32,348 nucleotides of DNA from Lachnospiraceae bacterium (GTDB lineage Bacteria > Bacillota > Clostridia > Lachnospirales > Lachnospiraceae), in NCBI GenBank assembly GCA_003520205.1, contig DOVG01000214.1, forward strand, positions 1 to 32,348. The letters are read 5' to 3'. Below the pieces are notes generated by a model. That model did no database searches and had not been told where the DNA came from. It worked only from the letters and a program-made list of their open reading frames with translations. A program made the position numbers and the translations under genes. Below, piece after piece: positions 25,599-32,348 of this stretch. Position 1 is the first letter of the stretch. Each line of letters opens with the position of its first letter.

Positions 25599-27194
25599 AT
25601 GAAAAATAAGTTTTATGACTACTGTGATGTTATGCCAATGGAAAATCTCAAAGAAATGATTGAGAAAAAAGCTGCGCTTATGCCTCAGATGACAGCTTTT
25701 GTGTATCCTTGTGAGACAGGTGAGATGAAGAAAACCTATCTCGACCTTAAAGAAGATGTGGATGCCTTTGGCGCATGGATGTACTCTAAAAAGATTAAAG
25801 ATAAGCATGTAGCCATAGTGGGCGAGAATTCATATGAATGGCTGATAGTATATCTTGCTACGGTAAATGGTGGTAATGTTGCTGTAGCGATAGATAAGGG
25901 ACTTCCGGAAGAAGAAATAGCATCTCTTGCCAAGATGGGAGATGTCGATGTAGCCTTCATATCAGGAACATATTATGAGAAGAATAAGAAGGTTGCAAAA
26001 AAATGCTACAACCTTAAGGATTTTGATGACTTTTTATCTGAAGGAAGAAAGCTTCTGAAGGATGGAGCTGAAGAATTCCTGAACTATGAGATAGATAATG
26101 AAAAGACTGCTACTATTCTTTTTACATCAGGAACATCAGGTGTAAGTAAGGGCGTAGAACTTACAAATCACAATATTGCGTATGAGATAGTACATACAAG
26201 CATGCTTTTTGAACCTAAAGGCGGAGTTCTTGCAGTACTGCCTTTCCATCATGCATTTGGCTTGGTTGTTGGAATACTCATGGTTATTAACTACGGACAG
26301 CCTATATACATCAATAAGAGTCTCAAATATGTTAAGAAGAATATGGAAGAGTTTGGACCACAGACTATGTTCCTTGTTCCGCTGTTTGTTGAGTTCTTCC
26401 ATAAGCAGATATGGAGTGAGATAGGAAAAAGAGGGGCAACAAAAGCCTTTAAGGGTCTCATGAAGTCAACTGATATAATGCTTAAAGCGGGAATAGATGT
26501 AAGAAAGAAGACATATGGAACCATTCAGAAAGTGTTTGGTGGTAATCTTGAGTACATCATCTGTGGTGGAGCTGCTCTTGACCCTATGTATGTAAAGGAG
26601 TTCCGTTCATGGGGTATTGAAATACTTAATGGATACGGAGCAACAGAATGTTCACCTTGTACAGCAGTTAACAGACCATACTTCCGTAAGGATGGAAGTG
26701 TAGGACATCTGGTTCCGGGTATAGAAGTTAAGACAACTGAAGATGGTGAGATTGCATTTAAGGGCGAACTTGTTATGAAGGGTTATTATAAGAATCCTGA
26801 AGCAACAGCAGATGCCCTTATAGATGGATGGTATCATACAGGCGATCTGGGATATGTGGATGAAGATAATTTCATCTATCTTACAGGAAGAAAGAAAAAT
26901 CTTATAATACTTAGTAATGGTGAAAATATATCTCCTGAAGAGCTTGAGCAGGATATAGCAAGAGATTCTGCAGTTAAAGAGGTTCTCGTATATGATGAGG
27001 CTGGAAAGATAGTTGCAGAGGTATTTCCGGAGGAGGATCATCTGGGGGATACAGCTTACTTTGAAAAATTAAAGAATAAGGTTAATAAGGGACGTCCACT
27101 GTATAAGCAGATCACACGTATAAAACTTCGTGATGAAGAATTCATAAAGAACGCTACCATGAAGATAGTGAGATATAAAAACATACCCAAATAA
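25599..27194 (+). CDS. Long-chain-fatty-acid--CoA ligase (AMP-binding family)
   Basis: FTSGTSGVSKGVEL, LPFHH, GGAALD, GYGATECSP, MKGYYKN, GWYHTGDLG, GRKKNLIILSNGENISPEELE. Confidence 0.92.
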   Translation: MKNKFYDYCDVMPMENLKEMIEKKAALMPQMTAFVYPCETGEMKKTYLDLKEDVDAFGAWMYSKKIKDKHVAIVGENSYEWLIVYLATVNGGNVAVAIDKGLPEEEIASLAKMGDVDVAFISGTYYEKNKKVAKKCYNLKDFDDFLSEGRKLLKDGAEEFLNYEIDNEKTATILFTSGTSGVSKGVELTNHNIAYEIVHTSMLFEPKGGVLAVLPFHHAFGLVVGILMVINYGQPIYINKSLKYVKKNMEEFGPQTMFLVPLFVEFFHKQIWSEIGKRGATKAFKGLMKSTDIMLKAGIDVRKKTYGTIQKVFGGNLEYIICGGAALDPMYVKEFRSWGIEILNGYGATECSPCTAVNRPYFRKDGSVGHLVPGIEVKTTEDGEIAFKGELVMKGYYKNPEATADALIDGWYHTGDLGYVDEDNFIYLTGRKKNLIILSNGENISPEELEQDIARDSAVKEVLVYDEAGKIVAEVFPEEDHLGDTAYFEKLKNKVNKGRPLYKQITRIKLRDEEFIKNATMKIVRYKNIPK

Positions 27195-27268
27195 TTCTGC
27201 TAAAAAGGTTTATCCCAAAGTCTGCCGATAGGCAAGACCTTGGTAGATAAACCTTTTTAAAGCAGAAT
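27194..27268. terminator. Long imperfect hairpin, probable bidirectional terminator
   Basis: ATTCTGC-TAAAAAGGTTTATC ... GCC-GATA-GGC ... GATAAACCTTTTTA-A-A-GCAGAAT; A-tract before and T-tract after the inner stem. Confidence 0.75.
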
Positions 27269-27271
27269 AAA

Positions 27272-27338
27272 AGGTATCGCTGAATAGAAGCTGCGAAGCA
27301 GCGACATACGGCGAAGCCGGATGATTCAGCGATTACCT
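27272..27338. repeat. Branched (Y/T-shaped) palindrome with two GCGAAGC mini-hairpins
   Basis: Outer stem AGGTATCGCTGAAT / ATTCAGCGATTACCT; inner arms GCTGC-GAA-GCAGC and CGGC-GAA-GCCG. Confidence 0.65.
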
Positions 27339-27350
27339 ACAAAAAAACAC

Positions 27351-27379
27351 TTGCATCAAGTAAGACCATATGATATTAT
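27351..27379 (+). promoter_or_regulatory. Sigma-A promoter of rpsF-ssb-rpsR
   Basis: TTGCAT (27351-27356), 17 nt, TATTAT (27374-27379) with TG extension; A-rich UP-like tract upstream. Confidence 0.75.
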
Positions 27380-27399
27380 GAACGTCTGTGATGCAAAAA

Positions 27400-27507
27400 A
27401 ATCCTTGTTTTTACCTGCACTTGCCGGATTAACTGATTCGGCGCTGTGAAGTCTCAGTATCTACCGGGATTTCAGGGTAAAAACCAAAAAAAGTCCATAA
27501 GGAGGTG
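27400..27507 (+). promoter_or_regulatory. S6:S18-type ribosomal protein leader (expanded)
   Basis: TCCTT (27402-27406) can pair with the SD AAGGA; CCA lies just 5' of TAAGGAGG; stem GTTTTTACC (27407-27415) / GGTAAAAAC (27476-27484); located directly upstream of rpsF. Confidence 0.6.
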
Positions 27508-27513
27508 CAAAGA

Positions 27514-27801
27514 ATGAACAAGTATGAGATCGCGTTAGTACTTAGCTCTAAGATTGATGACGAAGCAAGAACTGCTACTCTTGAGAGAGTAAAGAATCGT
27601 GTTGCGAAGTCTGGAAGTACTATTACAGACATCGATGACAGAGGAAAGCAGAAGCTTGCATACGAGATTCAGGATATGTTAGAGGGATACTACTATTTCG
27701 TACATTTCGAAGGTCCGGAAGATGCTCCAGCATTTATCGAAAGACATCTTAGAATCTACGAAAATGTCATCAGATTCTTAATTGTTAAGCAGGACGCGTA
27801 G
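27514..27801 (+). CDS. rpsF: 30S ribosomal protein S6
   Basis: MNKYE, G..KLAYEI, EGYYYF, NVIRFLIV. ATG at 27514 with SD AAGGAGGT (the GTG at 27505 overlaps the SD). Confidence 0.96.
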   Translation: MNKYEIALVLSSKIDDEARTATLERVKNRVAKSGSTITDIDDRGKQKLAYEIQDMLEGYYYFVHFEGPEDAPAFIERHLRIYENVIRFLIVKQDA

Positions 27802-27828
27802 TTTTCCGTATATAAGGAGGAGTCCTGA

Positions 27829-28287
27829 ATGAACAAGGTTATATTAATGGGTCGTTTAACTAGAGACCCTGAGGTTAGATATTCAAATTCACAAAATGGC
27901 GAGCAACTTGCAATTGCAAGATATACTCTTGCTGTTGACAGAAGATTTGCCAGAAGAAATGGCGGAGATAATCAGCAGAGTGCTGATTTTATATCATGTG
28001 TTGCTTTCGGCAGACAGGGCGAATTTGCAGAGAAGTACCTGAAACAGGGAACTAAGATTGCTGCAACAGGCCGTATACAGACAGGTTCTTATACTAATAA
28101 GGATGGTCAGAAGGTCTATACAACAGAGGTTGTTATAGAAGAACAGGAATTTGCTGAGAGCAAGGGCGCTTCTTCAGAATCACAGGGTGGATATGCGCCA
28201 CAGGCTGCACCATCACCAGCTGATGCGAGTGCGGATGCATTTATGAATATTCCTGAAGGAATAGAGAATGATCTGCCATTTAAGTAA
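27829..28287 (+). CDS. ssb: Single-stranded DNA-binding protein
   Basis: MNKVILMGRLTRDPEVRY, ADFISCVAFG, GRIQTGSY, C-terminal DLPFK; lies between rpsF and rpsR. Confidence 0.98.
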   Translation: MNKVILMGRLTRDPEVRYSNSQNGEQLAIARYTLAVDRRFARRNGGDNQQSADFISCVAFGRQGEFAEKYLKQGTKIAATGRIQTGSYTNKDGQKVYTTEVVIEEQEFAESKGASSESQGGYAPQAAPSPADASADAFMNIPEGIENDLPFK

Positions 28288-28328
28288 GAAGTGAGTTTGG
28301 ATGCATATGAATTCATGGAGGTAGAAAG

Positions 28329-28589
28329 ATGCCATTTAATAAAGAAGGCGGAGCAGCACCTATGAGAAGAAGACCTATGCATAGAAGAAGAAAGGTCTGT
28401 GTATTCTGCTCTGACAACAATCAGGTAATTGATTATAAGGATGCAAATCTCCTTAAGAAATATGTATCTGAAAGAGGAAAGATTCTTCCTCGTCGTATAA
28501 CAGGTAACTGTGCTAAGCATCAGAGAGAGCTGACAACAGCAATCAAGAGAGCTAGACAGATTGCTATTCTCCCTTATGTAAATGAGTAA
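28329..28589 (+). CDS. rpsR: 30S ribosomal protein S18 (Zn-binding C+ form)
   Basis: [40 protein letters not shown]. Confidence 0.98.
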   Translation: MPFNKEGGAAPMRRRPMHRRRKVCVFCSDNNQVIDYKDANLLKKYVSERGKILPRRITGNCAKHQRELTTAIKRARQIAILPYVNE

Positions 28590-28617
28590 GCTTATTTAAG
28601 GGTAACAAGAAGACTAG

Positions 28618-28647
28618 AACGCGTATCCATCCGGGTACGCGTTTTTA
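28618..28647 (+). terminator. Intrinsic terminator of rpsF-ssb-rpsR
   Basis: AACGCGTATCC-ATCC-GGGTACGCGTT followed by TTTA. Confidence 0.88.
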
Positions 28648-28655
28648 TGTATTCT

Positions 28656-28684
28656 TTGACCATGACATAGGTTTGTGGTAAAAT
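28656..28684 (+). promoter_or_regulatory. Sigma-A promoter of dapF-dapL
   Basis: TTGACC (28656-28661), 17 nt, TAAAAT (28679-28684) with TG extension. Confidence 0.7.
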
Positions 28685-28739
28685 ATACTCTGTATGTTCT
28701 GGTAACAATACAATCAATAAAAAAGTAAGGTAAAAATAA

Positions 28740-29633
28740 ATGAAATTTACAAAAATGCATGGAATCGGCAACGATTATGTATATATTAATGCAATAGAAA
28801 ATGAAGTTGAGGATCCGTCATCTCTCGCAAAACTGGTAAGTGACAGACATTTTGGCATCGGTTCAGATGGTCTTATTCTGATAAAAGCAAGCGATAGGGC
28901 GGATTTTATGATGGATATGTATAATGCTGATGGTTCCAGAGGCAAGATGTGTGGTAATGGAATCAGATGTGTTGGTAAATATGTATATGATCATGGATTG
29001 ACCAGTAAGAAAATAGTTACCGTAGAGACTTTGTCAGGAATTAAGATACTGAATCTGGCTGTTAAGCCGGATGATGAGGTGGAAGGCTATAAAGAAGTAT
29101 CTAATAATGGTATGGTAGTGTCACATGTTACTGTAAATATGGGTTCTCCTATATTTGAACCTGATGAGATTCCCATAAAGCTTACAGGAGCTTATAAGCC
29201 GGAAAACAGTCATGGCGCTATGGTGAATATACCGATTATGATAGATGATACATTTTATTATGGGACGCCGGTATCTATGGGCAACCCTCATGTGATAGTA
29301 TATGTGGATGATACAGACAGTGTACGTATAGAGGAAATAGGTCCAAAGTTCGAGAAGCATGAAATGTTTCCTGAGCAGGTAAATACAGAGTTTGTACAGG
29401 TAGTAGACAGGGGGCATCTGAAGATGCGCGTGTGGGAAAGAGGTTCAGGGGAAACTCTTGCATGCGGAACAGGTGCATGTGCTACGGTTGTAGCATCTAT
29501 AGTAAATGAAAAAACAGAGGACGAAGTAACGGTAAGTCTTTTGGGTGGAGATTTAAAGATACGTTGGGATCAGGACCAGAACAATGTGTTTATGACGGGG
29601 CCTGCAACCACTGTATTTGAAGGAAATATTTAA
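28740..29633 (+). CDS. dapF: Diaminopimelate epimerase
   Basis: FTKMHGIGNDY, DRHFGIGSDG, NADGS..MCGNGIRC, SMGNPH, RVWERGSGETLACGTGACA. Confidence 0.98.
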   Translation: MKFTKMHGIGNDYVYINAIENEVEDPSSLAKLVSDRHFGIGSDGLILIKASDRADFMMDMYNADGSRGKMCGNGIRCVGKYVYDHGLTSKKIVTVETLSGIKILNLAVKPDDEVEGYKEVSNNGMVVSHVTVNMGSPIFEPDEIPIKLTGAYKPENSHGAMVNIPIMIDDTFYYGTPVSMGNPHVIVYVDDTDSVRIEEIGPKFEKHEMFPEQVNTEFVQVVDRGHLKMRVWERGSGETLACGTGACATVVASIVNEKTEDEVTVSLLGGDLKIRWDQDQNNVFMTGPATTVFEGNI

Positions 29634-29675
29634 GTTTTACAAGCTGCTTTAAGCTGATAGGTTTTAGGAGGAAAA

Positions 29676-30893
29676 ATGTTTAGAGCGAATGAAGATTATT
29701 TGAAGTTGCCGGGAAGTTATCTTTTTTCTAATATAGCGAAGAAAGTCAGTCAATTCGCTGAGGAGAACCCCGATAAGAAGATAATAAGACTTGGCATAGG
29801 AGATGTAACACAGCCACTTTGTCCGACTGTCATAAAAGCACTTCACAGTGCTGTAGATGAGATGGCTGATGCGGCTACCTTCAGAGGATATGCACCGGAT
29901 CTGGGTTATGGCTTTTTGAGAGATACAATTGTAGAGAAAGCATTTAAACCTTTAGGGGCTGAAGTGTATGCAGATGAAGTATTTGTAAGCGATGGTGCTA
30001 AGTCTGATTCCGGAAATATTCAGGAGATATTTACAAAGAACCAGAAAATCGCTGTATGTGATCCTGTTTATCCTGTTTATGTTGATACAAATGTCATGGC
30101 AGGAAGAACGGGTAACTATGATGCGGCTACCGGACTCTGGAGCGATGTGATTTATATGCCATGTACGGCTGAGAATGGCTATGCTCCTGAACTTCCGACA
30201 GAGACTCCTGACATTATATATCTTTGTTTCCCTAATAATCCTACTGGTGCAACTATAACAAAGCCTGCGCTTCAGGAGTGGGTTGACTATGCTATACGTG
30301 TTGGAGCGGTAATTATATATGATGCGGCTTATGAGGCGTATATATCAGAAGAAAATGTTCCTCATTCTATCTATGAATGTGAGGGTGCCAGAAATTGTGC
30401 TATCGAGATCAGATCCTTCTCCAAGAATGCCGGATTTACGGGAACAAGACTTGGATATACAGTTATTCCGAAGGATATTAAGGACGCTGATGGAAATAGT
30501 CTGAATGCACTCTGGGCAAGAAGACATGGAACTAAATTCAATGGAGCTCCTTATATCATACAGAAGGCTGGAGAAGCTGTATTTTCTGATGAAGGAATCA
30601 GAGAAACAAATGAGCAGATAGCTTATTACATGAAGAATGCCAGATACATACTTGAAGGACTTAAAAGTGCCGGCTATACAGTATCGGGTGGCGTTAATGC
30701 ACCGTATATCTGGCTTAAAACGCCTGATAATATGTCCAGTTGGGACTTCTTTGATTATCTGCTTAAAGAAGCAAATGTAGTCGGTACTCCCGGTTCAGGA
30801 TTTGGACCGAGTGGAGAAGGACATTTTAGACTTACTGCATTCGGAAGCTTTGAAAATACGGTTGAGGCCATTGACAGAATCAAACAGCTGTAG
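29676..30893 (+). CDS. dapL: LL-diaminopimelate aminotransferase
   Basis: SYLFS.IA, LGIGDVTQP, SDGAKSD, DPVYPVY.D, CFPNNPTG, DAAYE, SFSKNAGFTGTR (PLP Lys), GTPGSGFG..GEG.FRL. Confidence 0.97.
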   Translation: MFRANEDYLKLPGSYLFSNIAKKVSQFAEENPDKKIIRLGIGDVTQPLCPTVIKALHSAVDEMADAATFRGYAPDLGYGFLRDTIVEKAFKPLGAEVYADEVFVSDGAKSDSGNIQEIFTKNQKIAVCDPVYPVYVDTNVMAGRTGNYDAATGLWSDVIYMPCTAENGYAPELPTETPDIIYLCFPNNPTGATITKPALQEWVDYAIRVGAVIIYDAAYEAYISEENVPHSIYECEGARNCAIEIRSFSKNAGFTGTRLGYTVIPKDIKDADGNSLNALWARRHGTKFNGAPYIIQKAGEAVFSDEGIRETNEQIAYYMKNARYILEGLKSAGYTVSGGVNAPYIWLKTPDNMSSWDFFDYLLKEANVVGTPGSGFGPSGEGHFRLTAFGSFENTVEAIDRIKQL

Positions 30894-30957
30894 AGCTGAA
30901 CTATAAAAAACAAGAAACTATTCCCTGTATATACTCAGGGAATATAAAAGGAAATAT

Positions 30958-31932
30958 ATGAAAGATGTAATTATAACCGGCGCAACCGGAATGATAGGAG
31001 CTGAGGTTACAAGACTGCTTCTGAGACAAGGTGTAAATGTTACTGCTATAGTAAGGCCTATGTCAGAGAATCTTGAATACCTTGAGGAGCTCGTTGAAAG
31101 AGATAAGATAGAAATGGACAGCATCAATGAGCTGGTAGAGTATGGAACGCTGAGACTCTTTGACTGCGAACTTTCAGAACTCAGATCTTTAAGAGACAAG
31201 CTTGGCTGGGAACATGATGCTTTCTTTCATTTTGGCTGGGCACATACATTTGGACCTGGAAGAAATGATGCCTCAAAACAGGCTGCAAATATCAAGGCTA
31301 CTGTAGATGCGGTTCATCTGGCGTATGAAACCGGCTGTAAAGCTTTTGTCGGAGCCGGTTCGCAGGCCGAGTTTGGAATAGCAAGTGCAAAGCTGACGGA
31401 TGAGCTTCCGAAGGATCCTAAAACAGGCTATGGAGTGGCAAAGCTGGCAGCCTGCAAGCTGTCACAGCTGGAGTGCCAGAATCTTGGCATAAGGCACGTG
31501 TGGGGCAGAATAGTCAGCTGCTATGGCCCGGGAGACAACGAAACTACCATGGTTATGTCGGCTGTCAGAACGATGCTGAGGAATGAGAGAATGAAGTTCA
31601 CTCCTGCAGAACAGATATGGGACTATATATATGTTGAAGATCTGGCGAAGGCATTTATAGCACTTGCTGAAAAAGGACATAATCAGAAATGCTATACTAT
31701 AGGTTCAGGTGAGGGAAGACTTCTTAGAGAATATATATATGCTATCAGAGATGCGATTGATCCTTCTCTTGACGTGGGAATAGGCGAGAGAGAATATGAT
31801 CAGAATCAGGTAATGCATCTGGAGGCAGATATTACAGAACTGATAGCTGATACTGGTTTTGTTCCTGAGATTAGCTTTGAAGAAGGAATCAGAAGAACCA
31901 TAAGCTGGGCGAGTGAATATTCAAATGTGTGA
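30958..31932 (+). CDS. NAD-dependent epimerase/dehydratase (nucleotide-sugar modifying extended SDR)
   Basis: ITGATGMIG Rossmann motif, GSQAEFG, YGVAK (YxxxK), YGPGD, WDYIYVEDLA. Confidence 0.9.
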   Translation: MKDVIITGATGMIGAEVTRLLLRQGVNVTAIVRPMSENLEYLEELVERDKIEMDSINELVEYGTLRLFDCELSELRSLRDKLGWEHDAFFHFGWAHTFGPGRNDASKQAANIKATVDAVHLAYETGCKAFVGAGSQAEFGIASAKLTDELPKDPKTGYGVAKLAACKLSQLECQNLGIRHVWGRIVSCYGPGDNETTMVMSAVRTMLRNERMKFTPAEQIWDYIYVEDLAKAFIALAEKGHNQKCYTIGSGEGRLLREYIYAIRDAIDPSLDVGIGEREYDQNQVMHLEADITELIADTGFVPEISFEEGIRRTISWASEYSNV

Positions 31933-31953
31933 TTCCCTTTGATGGCTTAAGCC

Positions 31954-32009
31954 CGAAGAATCTTTTCCTTTAAACATCAAAAGATTCCTCGACTTCGCTC
32001 GGAATGACA
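31954..32009. repeat. Degenerate REP-like palindrome (GATTCCTCGACTTCGCTCGGAATGACA type)
   Basis: Inverted repeat CGAAGAATCTTTT (31954-31966) / AAAAGATTCCTCG (31979-31991), continuing into a GC-rich self-complementary unit (31983-32009) in an AT-rich intergenic region. Confidence 0.55.
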
Positions 32010-32062
32010 TGTGGGAAGTTTTTGTTAGTAATAAATATTTATGGTAAAGGAAAGGAATAGCT

Positions 32063-32348
32063 ATGGGAAAAATAAGCGTTGAAACATGTGAAAAGAACGG
32101 AATTGAAATAGAAGGTCTTAAGGTTATAACTCCTACTGTTTTCGGTGATGACAGAGGCTACTTCATGGAGACCTATAATAAAAATGATATGATAGAAGCA
32201 GGAATTCCATATGAATTTGTGCAGGATAATCAGAGTGCTTCCAAGAAAGGCGTTCTGAGAGGATTACATTTTCAGAAGGAATTTCCTCAGGATAAGCTCG
32301 TTAGAGTTATAAAGGGCGAAGTATATGATGTGGCAGTAGACTTAAGAC
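32063..32348 (+). CDS. rfbC: dTDP-4-dehydrorhamnose 3,5-epimerase (3'-truncated by the window edge; absent from the ORF track)
   Basis: Manual translation from ATG 32063: MGKISVETCEKNGIEIEGLKVITPTVFGDDRGYFMETYN...FVQDNQSASKKGVLRGLHFQKEFPQDKLVRVIKGEVYDVAVDLR; RBS AAGGA. Confidence 0.95.
   Translation, partial: MGKISVETCEKNGIEIEGLKVITPTVFGDDRGYFMETYNKNDMIEAGIPYEFVQDNQSASKKGVLRGLHFQKEFPQDKLVRVIKGEVYDVAVDLR

Noticed and set aside
27455..27470. GTATCTACC resembling the purine riboswitch J2/3 motif
   Set aside because: The other conserved purine-riboswitch elements (kissing loops, P1 context) are absent, and the downstream gene is rpsF.
29060..29225. Apparent extra loop residues in DapF (KPDDEVEGYKEVSNNG; GAYKPENSHG)
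   Set aside because: Catalytic motifs are intact and the insertions are too short for an intein or extra domain; probably ordinary surface-loop variation.

Overview
This AT-rich (roughly 35-40% GC by eye) chromosomal segment looks like an anaerobic Firmicute, probably Lachnospiraceae/Eubacterium-like (inferred from gene content, dapL-dapF and the SSB C-terminus). All genes are on + except holA. Order: 3' part of a YhgE/Pip-like xxxLxxG heptad-repeat protein; an apparent ppk1 - orphan histidine kinase - lipoprotein - comEC operon; a membrane protein with 9-aa repeats; a DUF975/CmpB-type fusion; a 166-bp palindromic MITE/REP-like element; holA (-). Then comes a probable cell-envelope signalling block: an ECF-S-component-like/HD-GYP fusion, OmpR-family RR + HK, BlaI + BlaR1(M56)-M23 fusion, ABC ATPase + two FtsX/MacB permeases + COG1361-like surface protein, and a cell-wall-repeat L,D-transpeptidase. 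The window ends with an acyl-CoA ligase, a highly structured intergenic region, rpsF-ssb-rpsR, dapF-dapL, an NAD-dependent epimerase and the 5' part of rfbC. No transposase, integrase, tRNA/rRNA or CRISPR array was seen. The most interesting signals are the S-component/HD-GYP receptor, the BlaI/BlaR1-M23 module nested in an RR-HK-ABC cassette with visible operators for both regulators, several small palindromic elements, an expanded S6:S18-type leader and a probably leaderless holA. All family assignments come from motif recognition, not database searches.
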